Positions 8,178 through 15,582 of a stretch of DNA of 18,330 bases are shown here, in pieces. Both the position numbers and the translations under genes were made by a program. Source of the DNA: an uncultured bacterium (GTDB lineage Bacteria > Abyssobacteria > SURF-5); NCBI GenBank assembly GCA_964510165.1, contig CAZEBC010000041.1, positions 1-18,330 on the forward strand, in the 5' to 3' direction. Each line of letters opens with the position of its first letter. Positions within the stretch are counted from its first letter, which is position 1. The notes under the pieces are model-generated. The model was not told where the DNA came from and did not search any database. It saw only the letters and a program-made list of their open reading frames with translations.

Positions 8178-9869
8178 TCAATCTTCGAAGACGGCGCCGG
8201 TGCTGCCCGATGTCACCAACCTCGAGTAGCGGCCCAGGTATCCAGTGGAAATCTTGGGCGTAGGTGGCCGCCAGGATTTCAATCGCTTCTTGATCTCGGC
8301 GTCCGAGAGACGCACGGTCAGCTTTTTCGCGGAAATATCAATCTCGATAATGTCTCCGTTCCGGAGCGCGGCGATGGGGCCGCCAGCCATGGCCTCGGGC
8401 GAGACGTGTCCGATGGACGCGCCTGCGGTACCGCCGGAGAATCGGCCATCGGTGATAAGGGCAACTTCCCTATCCATTCCGATACCCTTGATTGCGGCGG
8501 TGGGCGTAAGCATCTCCTGCATCCCGGGTCCGCCTTTGGGACCTTCATAACGGATGACAATCACGTCGCCGGGGCGGATCTTGCGCGCAATGATGGCTTC
8601 GGCGGCTTCGCCCTCGCTCTCGAAAATACGAGCGGGGCCGCTGTGTTTGAGCATTTCGGGGGCAACGGCCGATTGCTTAACAACCGAGCCTTCGGGCGCA
8701 AGATTTCCGAACAGGATGGCCAATCCACCGGTCGCGTGATACGGGTTATCGAGCGGCCTGATCACGTTCGGGTCTTTCACCGAGACCTGGCGGAGATTGG
8801 AGGCCAGGCTCTTGCCCGTGGCGGTCAGCGCGTCACCCTGCACGAGACCTCCTGCAAGCAGGGTTTTGAGGATGGCCTGCACGCCGCCCGCGTAATAAAG
8901 GTCTTCCAGGTGATGAGGGCCGCCTGGAACCATATCGCAGATATGCGGGGTCTTGGCGGAGATTCTATTGAAAAGCTGAAGCGGCAGGTCGAGGCCGAGT
9001 TCGTGTGCGATCGCGGGAAGGTGAAGCGCCGAGTTGGAAGAGCCGCCGAAGGCCATGTCGAGGGCTATCGTGTTCTCGAGAGCCTTCTTCGTCATGATGT
9101 CGCGAGGACAGATTCCCTTCTTGATAAGGTTGACGACGGCCATACCGGCCTCTTTCGCCAGGCGATAGCGTTCGGCAAAGACGGCCGGGATGGTGCCATT
9201 GCCGGGAAGCGCGATACCGAGGGCCTCACAAAGGCAATTCATCGTATTGGCGGTGAACATGCCGGAGCACGAGCCGGCGCCCGGACAGGCGCAGTTTTCC
9301 ATTTCTCGCCAGACGTGTTCCCCTATCTCGCCGGACGTGGCCTTGGGAATACCCGCAAACAAGGTGATGAGGTCAATCGCCTTTCCGTCGAGCCTGCCGG
9401 CGAGCATTGGACCGCCGCTGCACACAACGGCCGGTATGTTCAGTCTGGCAGCCGCCATGACCATACCCGGCACGATCTTGTCGCAGTTCGGGACTAGCAC
9501 AAGCCCATCGAACGGGTGAGCCCGGGCCATTATCTCGACGGAATCGGCCACGAGTTCACGGCTTCCGAGCGAGTACTTCATGCCTTCATGATTCATGGCG
9601 ATGCCGTCGCACACGCCGATCGTGTTGAAGAGAAAGGGAGTGCCGCCGGCCATGCGAACGCCGTCTTTCACGGCCTGAGCAATCTTGTCGAGGTGAATAT
9701 GCCCGGGGATGATTTCGTTGAAAGCGCAGGCGATGCCAACGAGAGGCCCCTCGAGTTCCTTGTCGGTAAAGCCCATGGCTTTGAATAGGGAACGATGGGG
9801 GCCTTTCGCGACGCCTTCCAACATTGCGCGGCTTCGCTGGTTCGGCTTTTGTCTTGCGGATTTCTTCAT
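8178..9869 (-). CDS. ilvD: Dihydroxy-acid dehydratase
   Basis: [66 protein letters not shown]. Start moved to ATG 9869 (GAGGTG at 9882-9877). Confidence 0.97.
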   Translation of the reverse strand: MKKSARQKPNQRSRAMLEGVAKGPHRSLFKAMGFTDKELEGPLVGIACAFNEIIPGHIHLDKIAQAVKDGVRMAGGTPFLFNTIGVCDGIAMNHEGMKYSLGSRELVADSVEIMARAHPFDGLVLVPNCDKIVPGMVMAAARLNIPAVVCSGGPMLAGRLDGKAIDLITLFAGIPKATSGEIGEHVWREMENCACPGAGSCSGMFTANTMNCLCEALGIALPGNGTIPAVFAERYRLAKEAGMAVVNLIKKGICPRDIMTKKALENTIALDMAFGGSSNSALHLPAIAHELGLDLPLQLFNRISAKTPHICDMVPGGPHHLEDLYYAGGVQAILKTLLAGGLVQGDALTATGKSLASNLRQVSVKDPNVIRPLDNPYHATGGLAILFGNLAPEGSVVKQSAVAPEMLKHSGPARIFESEGEAAEAIIARKIRPGDVIVIRYEGPKGGPGMQEMLTPTAAIKGIGMDREVALITDGRFSGGTAGASIGHVSPEAMAGGPIAALRNGDIIEIDISAKKLTVRLSDAEIKKRLKSWRPPTPKISTGYLGRYSRLVTSGSTGAVFED

Positions 9870-9880
9870 TTGGCAGCACC

Positions 9881-10438
9881 TCAATTGAACCGGTTCATGG
9901 CTTCTTCGAGAGATTGGCTTATTGCCGTCTCGACGGCCAGGCACGCCGTGTGTATTATGCCCTTCAGTTCAGCTTTCTCTTCTGGCCTGAATTCGCTCAG
10001 CACGTAACCTGAGAGGTCGTCCGGAAGGTCTGGCTGTTGGATGCCGATACGAAGCCTTGGAAACTCGTCTGTGCCGAGATGCTCCATTATAGAATTCAAC
10101 CCCTTGTGTCCGCCAGAGCCGCCGGAGGGGCGCAGCCGAACTTTTCCAAATGGGATATCGGCATCATCATAAACGATGAGCAAGTTCGTCAGTGGAAGTT
10201 TATAAAATCGGACCATCGGTCCAACAGCTTCACCGCAGAGATTCATGAAAGTCTGCGGTTTGGCGATGATCGCGTCCTCGCCTGCCACCACGCCATGGGC
10301 CAGCGCTGACCTGAATTTCTCTTGAGAGAATGAGAGGCCGTGGATCGAGGCCAGTTGATCGGCAACCATGAAGCCGAGATTGTGTCTGGTAAACGCATAT
10401 TTCTTCCCGGGGTTGCCGAGCCCGACGACAATTCTCAC
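9881..10438 (-). CDS. pth: Peptidyl-tRNA hydrolase
   Basis: [43 protein letters not shown] start overlaps the rplY stop (GTGA). Confidence 0.97.
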   Translation of the reverse strand: MRIVVGLGNPGKKYAFTRHNLGFMVADQLASIHGLSFSQEKFRSALAHGVVAGEDAIIAKPQTFMNLCGEAVGPMVRFYKLPLTNLLIVYDDADIPFGKVRLRPSGGSGGHKGLNSIMEHLGTDEFPRLRIGIQQPDLPDDLSGYVLSEFRPEEKAELKGIIHTACLAVETAISQSLEEAMNRFN

Positions 10439-11139
10439 TCTTTCGATTTCCGTTTCTCTTCCTTCTCTTCCGCTTCCTTCGCTTCAGCGCCCTTGGCTTC
10501 CTTGCCCGGCTTCTCGATGACCTCAGGCTCGGCGGCTTCCGCTTCCGCCACAGGAGCGGGCGCGACTTCGGCCTCCACTCGAGGCGCGGCAATCGAGACG
10601 ACGGTCGTGTCCCAAGCCGTCAGCACCTTGACCCCGTCGGGCACCTTGAGGTCGGAAACTGCGAGGGAATCTCCTATTTCAAGACTGTCGACGTTTATCT
10701 CGATGGCTGTGGGAATATTGAGCGGCAGACACTCAACCTCGAGTTCCCACAACGTGTGCTCGAGAATGCCGCCCTTCTTCACGCCGGGAGCTTCACCCAC
10801 AACCCTGAACGGCACGGAGGTTTGGATGGCTTCATCGAGCGATATGCGGCAGAAGTCAACATGTCGCATCGTGTCGCGTATCGTGTCGATCTGCAGGTCC
10901 TTCACGACGACGTTCAGAGGCTGGGCGGCTCTGTCGGCGATATTGAGCTGAATAATGACATTGGCGCCTGCCTGGGTATGCAGGGCGCGATCAAGCTCTT
11001 TGGGGTTGACGGCCACGGGCAGCGCCTGGTCGTCTAATCCATAGAGTATGCCCGGGAGCAGCCCCGCGCGCCTGCATTCTTTCGCGCCCTTCTTTCCAGT
11101 GCGCTGTCGGATTTGAGCTTTAAGTTCTACAATTTCCAT
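10435..11139 (-). CDS. rplY: 50S ribosomal protein L25/Ctc (long form)
   Basis: R..G.LPGILYG, HVDF, VVGEAPGVKKGG, IPTAIEINVDSLEIGDSL, acidic/Lys-rich tail; AAGGAG SD; adjacent to pth. Confidence 0.96.
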   Translation of the reverse strand: MEIVELKAQIRQRTGKKGAKECRRAGLLPGILYGLDDQALPVAVNPKELDRALHTQAGANVIIQLNIADRAAQPLNVVVKDLQIDTIRDTMRHVDFCRISLDEAIQTSVPFRVVGEAPGVKKGGILEHTLWELEVECLPLNIPTAIEINVDSLEIGDSLAVSDLKVPDGVKVLTAWDTTVVSIAAPRVEAEVAPAPVAEAEAAEPEVIEKPGKEAKGAEAKEAEEKEEKRKSKE

Positions 11140-11168
11140 CTATGTTCTCTCCTTGTCTGAACAACTGG

Positions 11169-12545
11169 TTAGGGTTTCTTTTGGGTCGGCAGTTCTCTGG
11201 CTGGCATGCCGACGTAAACAGAATATGGGGGAATGTCATGGCGTTTGGCAACAATGGCGCCAGCGCCGGTGACGGCCTTCTTGCCGACGCGCACGGGCGC
11301 AATCAGCACGGTGCCGCTTCCGATCGAAGCCCCATCCTCGATAATGGTCTCATTCTTTCGGACGCCGTCGTAGTTGGCGGTTATCGTGCCCGCGCCAATA
11401 TTGACGCCCTTCCCGATCTTGGCATCTCCGATATAGCTCAAGTGATTCGCTTTGGACCCCTCGTCGACCAGCGATTTCTTGACTTCGACAAAGTTGCCGA
11501 TATGAACGTTTTCGCAGATCAGGGTCTCGGGCCTGATGTGCGAATAGGGTCCGATCCGGCTGTTGTCGCGAACCACGCACGACGTGAGATATGACATGAC
11601 GATAACCACATTACGACCAATCTGACTGTCGGTAATATAACTCTGCGGGCCAATGACCGTGCCCGATCGGATAGTGGTGAATCCCTCAATATAAGTGAAC
11701 GGATAGACCGTCACGTCACGCTCGATCTTGACGGTTGCGGAAACGAAAGTGGTGGCAGGATCGATAATGGTGACGCCCTCGTCCATCAGGCGTTCCAACA
11801 CGCGGTTGTGCATGATGCGGTTCATCTTGGCCAGGTGTCGCCGGTCATTGACCTGCATGATTTCGATCTCGTCAGAGGTAGTAACGGTCTCAACCTTTTC
11901 TTTTTGCTTGACCAATATCCCGATCACATCGGTAAGGTAATATTCCTTCTGCTTGTTCACTTTATCGACACTCTTAAGGGCGGCCATGAGTTTCTGACTG
12001 TCGAAACAATAGATGCCGGGGTTCACCTCCCGAATGCGTTTCTGCGCTGCGGCTGCGTCTTTCTGTTCTATGATTCCGGATATCTTTCCAGACTTGTTGC
12101 GAATAATGCGCCCGAAGCCCGTGGGGTCGGTGACTCGGGTTGTCACGAGCGACGCGGCCGCGTTGCTCTTGCGGTGCTTTTCCAAGAGGGTGCGCAGCGT
12201 TTGCTCCGTAAGTAACGGAACATCGCCGTACAAGACCAATACGTCTCCGTTGAAGCCGGACAATTGCTCTTTAGCCTGCAACACGGCGTGACCCGTTCCC
12301 AGTTGCGCCTCCTGGTTTATGTAAGCCACGGTGTCCCCGAAATATTCGCGAACCATTTCCTGCTTGAAACCGACGATAAGGTAAATCCCATCGGCTTCGA
12401 GTTTCCGGACGGTCTCAACGAGATGCTCGACCATCGGCTTTCCACACAGCTTGTGCAGAACCTTGGGCTTGTCCGATTTCATCCGGGTGCCCTGTCCGGC
12501 GGCCAATATGAGACAAACAAGAGGTTTTGTATTCTGAGTGGTCAT
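11169..12545 (-). CDS. glmU: Bifunctional UDP-N-acetylglucosamine pyrophosphorylase/glucosamine-1-phosphate N-acetyltransferase
   Basis: LAAGQGTRMKSDKPKVLH, QLGTGHAV, YGDVP, EYYLTD, hexapeptide-repeat domain with GNFVEVK, ANHLSYIGDA, GAGTITANYDG. Confidence 0.97.
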   Translation of the reverse strand: MTTQNTKPLVCLILAAGQGTRMKSDKPKVLHKLCGKPMVEHLVETVRKLEADGIYLIVGFKQEMVREYFGDTVAYINQEAQLGTGHAVLQAKEQLSGFNGDVLVLYGDVPLLTEQTLRTLLEKHRKSNAAASLVTTRVTDPTGFGRIIRNKSGKISGIIEQKDAAAAQKRIREVNPGIYCFDSQKLMAALKSVDKVNKQKEYYLTDVIGILVKQKEKVETVTTSDEIEIMQVNDRRHLAKMNRIMHNRVLERLMDEGVTIIDPATTFVSATVKIERDVTVYPFTYIEGFTTIRSGTVIGPQSYITDSQIGRNVVIVMSYLTSCVVRDNSRIGPYSHIRPETLICENVHIGNFVEVKKSLVDEGSKANHLSYIGDAKIGKGVNIGAGTITANYDGVRKNETIIEDGASIGSGTVLIAPVRVGKKAVTGAGAIVAKRHDIPPYSVYVGMPARELPTQKKP

Positions 12546-12586
12546 CTACTCCCTCATAAGAATTCCCAAAGCCTCACCGATCAAAG

Positions 12587-12658
12587 CTGGGGAGGCAGGA
12601 TTCGAACCTGCGGATGTCGGCTCCAAAGGCCGATGCCTTACCGCTTGGCGACTCCCCA
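12587..12658 (-). tRNA. tRNA-Gln (anticodon UUG), 3' CCA not encoded
   Basis: TGGGGAGTCGCCAAGCGGTAAGGCATCGGCCTTTGGAGCCGACATCCGCAGGTTCGAATCCTGCCTCCCCAG: acceptor TGGGGAG/CTCCCCA, anticodon arm TCGGC-CTTTGGA-GCCGA, T arm GCAGG-TTCGAAT-CCTGC. Confidence 0.97.
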
Positions 12659-12733
12659 ATGTCTGTAACTCATCGGCTGATAGACCCTTAGGTAATCCGG
12701 CGACGTGAAAACCCAGCCCATGGTGACCCACTA

Positions 12734-12762
12734 ATGGTATCAAAACCCCGACTTATTGTCAA
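12734..12762 (-). promoter_or_regulatory. Putative sigma70 promoter for the tRNA-Gln-glmU operon
   Basis: Minus strand perfect TTGACA (12762-12757), 17 nt spacer, TACCAT (12739-12734) with extended -10 TGn. Confidence 0.7.
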
Positions 12763-12923
12763 ATGAGCCGGTCATCGAATCAACCCGGAATCAGGAAAGA
12801 GAGACCCGCCATTCTAGCGGAAGAAACCGCGTACTGGATGCGATAGTTGACGACTTCTTGCGGTGATAAAACAATCGTTCTAATAATTCTTTTCTTACTA
12901 TAAGTAAAGTACTATCCTCTGAA

Positions 12924-12952
12924 TTGACAATCCCCGAAGATTTTGTTAGCGT
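12924..12952 (+). promoter_or_regulatory. Putative sigma70 promoter for the MshEN-HDOD gene
   Basis: Perfect TTGACA (12924-12929), 17 nt spacer, TAGCGT (12947-12952) with TGn, AT-rich tract upstream. Confidence 0.6.
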
Positions 12953-12991
12953 AATGTGGAAGGGAGCGCCGCGCGTGGGAGAAGGGCCTGT

Positions 12992-14296
12992 ATGAAAAGA
13001 CGAATAGGTGAGTTATTGGTGGAGGAGGGTTACGTCACGGCCGAGCAGGTGCACCGTGCGCTTCAGGTGCAAAAGAAGCAAGGAGGTCGGATAGGGACGA
13101 TACTGATGGACCTTGGGTATCTGACGGAGCAGACTTTCTTGGAATTTCTTGGAACGGTGTCCGGGACGGCCAGCGTCGAGTTGTCTCATTGCGAGATAGA
13201 ATCCGATGTGCTGAAGCTCATCCCCCGCGAGACGGCTTGGGAACTCGAGGTGGTGCCGATTGCCAGGATGCGCAACCTGCTCACGATTGCGATGGTCTGT
13301 CCGCTTGACGCGGAGGGCCGGGCGCGCCTGGAGGACGTCACGAAGCTCAGGATAAAACCGGTCCTGTGCTCCAAGGCGGCCGTGCGGAGCGCATTGGAAC
13401 GATACTACAATGGAGAAGAACCTCAGTTGTCGCAGAAGGCCGAGAGCGAGACCTCAACGCTGGAGGCGTCGCTGAGACTCCAGCGGGTCGGAGCGCTTGT
13501 CGAACAGATCGAAGAACTTCCGACGCTGCCGGAAATCCTTGGAGCGATTTCCGCGGTCGTCAATGATCCCGGCTCATCAGCCTCTGATCTGGGCAGGCTC
13601 ATAGCCACCGACGGGGCGCTCTCGGCCAAGGTGCTCAAGCTCGCCAACTCTCCCGCATTCGGGTTCTCCCGAAGGGTTTCAGACATCAATCAAGCCGTTG
13701 CATTACTGGGTTTCAGGGAGACCCAGGCGTTGGCGATGTCGGCCTCGGTGTTCGATTATTTCGCCGAAAGAGCAGCCTTTGACTTCAAGGCTTACTGGAA
13801 TCATTCGTTCGCCTGCGCGACGCTGGCTCGGCTGATATGCCTGAAGAAGCGCGGCGTCGAGACCGCATTCATCAGTGGCTTGCTGCATGATGTGGGCAAG
13901 CTTGTTCTGGCAATGACAATGGGAGGCAAACAGGAGAACGCCAATCAGCTCCACAAGGCGAGCGGGGTGCCATCTCTGGAGGCTGAAGAAAAGGTGCTGG
14001 GACTGACCCATGCGGAGGTGGGTTACCAACTGGCGGAACACTGGCTGTTGCCTGTCCAGGTTGCCACGGCAATCCGTTTCCATCACGCGCCAGAATCGGA
14101 GCCGGACCCGAAGGGGCCGGCGGGCGCTGTCTTCTTGGCAGATCTCTTCTCCAGGAAGAAACCAAGCGAGCTTCAAGAGGCCGTTCTTGATGAGAGAACC
14201 CTTCAGGTGCTCAAGACACTGACAATCGCCGTTCAGGATTTTCGCAATACTCTGCGTGGATTCGGAGAGGCTTCGGGCGAATTGTCCCTCTTCTGA
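12992..14296 (+). CDS. MshEN (T2SSE_N) domain plus HDOD domain signalling protein
   Basis: Start moved to ATG 12992. Tandem motifs RIGELLVEEGYVTAEQVHRALQVQ and RIGTILMDLGYLTEQTFLEFL, then the MshEN C-subdomain (LIPRETAWELEVVPI...IAMVCP). HDOD hallmarks LPTLP, LSAKVLKLANSPAFG, AVALLG, WNHS, GLLHDVGK, HAEVG, W.LP, AIRFHH. Confidence 0.9.
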   Translation: MKRRIGELLVEEGYVTAEQVHRALQVQKKQGGRIGTILMDLGYLTEQTFLEFLGTVSGTASVELSHCEIESDVLKLIPRETAWELEVVPIARMRNLLTIAMVCPLDAEGRARLEDVTKLRIKPVLCSKAAVRSALERYYNGEEPQLSQKAESETSTLEASLRLQRVGALVEQIEELPTLPEILGAISAVVNDPGSSASDLGRLIATDGALSAKVLKLANSPAFGFSRRVSDINQAVALLGFRETQALAMSASVFDYFAERAAFDFKAYWNHSFACATLARLICLKKRGVETAFISGLLHDVGKLVLAMTMGGKQENANQLHKASGVPSLEAEEKVLGLTHAEVGYQLAEHWLLPVQVATAIRFHHAPESEPDPKGPAGAVFLADLFSRKKPSELQEAVLDERTLQVLKTLTIAVQDFRNTLRGFGEASGELSLF

Positions 14297-14302
14297 CTTC
14301 TG

Positions 14303-14331
14303 TAGACATTCCGCTCCCCAATTTGCATACT
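14303..14331 (+). promoter_or_regulatory. Possible promoter for the flavodoxin-like gene
   Basis: TAGACA (14303-14308), 17 nt spacer, CATACT (14326-14331). Confidence 0.4.
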
Positions 14332-14373
14332 ACTACAGTACCCGAACACTACCTAAACCAAAGGAGGTCAGGC

Positions 14374-14850
14374 ATGGCCAGAGTCCTGGTGCTGTACTTT
14401 ACGAGAACGGGTAACACGAAAGCTATGGCCGAGATTGTCGCGGATGCTGCCGAGAAGGAGGGAGCCGAAGTCGTACTCAAGGATGTCGAGGATTGCAAGC
14501 CGGAGGAACTGTTGAACTATGACGCGCTCGTCGCCGGTTCCCCCACTTATTACGGCGGGATGGCCGGAAAACTGAAGGATTTCTTCGATTTCAGCGTGGC
14601 CCATCACGGAAAACTTCAGGGGAAAGTGGGCGCCGCATTCTCATCATCCGCCAACATAGGAGGCGGAAATGAGACCACAGTCCTGAACATCCTCCACGCC
14701 ATGCTGATTCACGGAATGATCATTCAGGGGACGGCTGAAGGCGACCATTACGGGCCAGTATCCATTGACTTTCCCGATGATCGTGTCAGGAGCCAATGTC
14801 AAGCCCTCGGGAGACGGGTCGCCCTTCTTGCGAAGAAGTTATTCGATTAG
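14374..14850 (+). CDS. Flavodoxin/WrbA-like NAD(P)H-dependent FMN oxidoreductase
   Basis: Start moved to ATG 14374 after a strong SD AAGGAGGT. FMN loop YFTRTGNTKAMA, GSPTYYG, GKVGAAFSS, GGNETT, HYG. Confidence 0.9.
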   Translation: MARVLVLYFTRTGNTKAMAEIVADAAEKEGAEVVLKDVEDCKPEELLNYDALVAGSPTYYGGMAGKLKDFFDFSVAHHGKLQGKVGAAFSSSANIGGGNETTVLNILHAMLIHGMIIQGTAEGDHYGPVSIDFPDDRVRSQCQALGRRVALLAKKLFD

Positions 14851-14894
14851 CAACCGTTTGCACGAGCACGTGTTATAAGGGCACGGTTTTCAAA

Positions 14895-14920
14895 TCTCCC
14901 CCTTTTCCAAAGGGGGGAGA
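14895..14920. repeat. C-run/G-run hairpin (REP-like or bidirectional terminator)
   Basis: TCTCCCCCTTT-tcc-AAAGGGGGGAGA: 11-bp stem with one bulged G, between convergent genes; no clear U tract. Confidence 0.55.
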
Positions 14921-14966
14921 AAGGAGGCCCTGCAACCGCACGGATAAATACCATATGCGAACGCCC

Positions 14967-15006
14967 GGGCAACCACTCGTGGCGAGCCACATAGGGCTGC
15001 CCCTAC
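14967..15006 (-). repeat. GTAG-type REP-like palindrome, copy 3, with a 14-nt internal insert
   Basis: Plus strand GGGCAACCAC-[TCGTGGCGAGCCAC]-ATAGGGCTGCCC-CTAC; without the bracketed part it is 26 nt and aligns with 2390-2415. Confidence 0.65.
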
Positions 15007-15090
15007 AGGACAACTCCGACAATCTCCCCGTTCTTCGGAAACGAGGCGGGAGAACGGCAATCCAGCCGGTCTTGGCTGGCGCCCACGCGC

Positions 15091-15294
15091 TCATTCTTCC
15101 AGGATAAAAGTGATATTCATGTGAGCGCGATATTCCACTATTTTCCCCTTCTCCACCTTAGCCTTTATTCCGGTGATCTCGATACCCGTCAAGCCTCGCA
15201 ATGTCTTGTTGGCCCGGGTCAAGCCTTCATTGATAGCATCCTCGAACCCTTTCTTCGAGGAACCGATAACTTGTGTAACTCTTGCAACTGCCAT
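15091..15294 (-). CDS. Dodecin family protein
   Basis: 67 aa; VARVTQVIGSSKKGFEDAI..G..RA.KTLRGL...GKIVEYR..MNITF.LE is the dodecin pattern; SD GGAGGTG. Confidence 0.92.
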   Translation of the reverse strand: MAVARVTQVIGSSKKGFEDAINEGLTRANKTLRGLTGIEITGIKAKVEKGKIVEYRAHMNITFILEE

Positions 15295-15377
15295 GTGTCA
15301 CCTCCATTGTGACTTGACAATCTCCCTTCCCACCTTTTAAGGAAGTATGTCACAGCGCGGCGGAGTCGCAATCGAAG

Positions 15378-15457
15378 CCCCCTCACCCTACCCTCTCCCG
15401 TTGGGAGAAGGTCAAGATGAATGCGCCCTTTCCCTGTGGGAGAGGATTGGGGTGAGG
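15378..15457. repeat. Inverted pair of BoxC-like CCCTCACCC/CCCTCTCCC palindromic units
   Basis: Left unit CCTCACCCTACCCTCTCCCGTTGGGAGAAGG (15381-15411); right unit reverse complement CCTCACCCCAATCCTCTCCCACAGGGAAAGGG (15457-15426); 14-nt spacer; each unit has its own hairpin. Confidence 0.75.
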
Positions 15458-15582
15458 AAGAAAACGCAAGGATTCAAGAAATTCATTCTTTGATGATTCA
15501 GGAGTGCACAAATTGCTCACTGGAGGGCCTATGAGGAGGCGCCGAGCAAATTTCCGCAATGATGAGGGTTACGGAAGATGAA

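Noticed and set aside
8406..9497. 363-aa plus-strand ORF
   Set aside because: Antisense shadow of ilvD, expected from codon bias in GC-rich DNA.
12587..12660. tRNA-Gln as an integration (att) site
   Set aside because: No duplicate of the tRNA 3' end and no integrase seen; glmU follows directly.
12546..12743. 65-aa minus-strand ORF upstream of glmU as a leader peptide
   Set aside because: It runs through the tRNA-Gln gene and starts inside the promoter.
14796..15107. 103-aa and 73-aa ORFs between the flavodoxin and dodecin genes
   Set aside because: They translate palindromic repeats (SPPFPKGG, LPLQ) and lack an SD or coding features.
15297..15313. GTCAC/GTGAC hairpin around the dodecin SD as a thermometer or riboswitch
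   Set aside because: Only 5 bp, most of the SD is in the loop, and no FMN-riboswitch consensus is visible.
15508..15556. TTGCTC/GAGCAA inverted repeat downstream of the TPR gene as an ncRNA or terminator
   Set aside because: Short stem with a long irregular interior and no U tract; not distinguishable from chance.
14851..15582. CRISPR array in the repeat-rich intergenic regions
   Set aside because: Repeats are inverted and heterogeneous, with no regularly spaced direct repeats and no cas genes.
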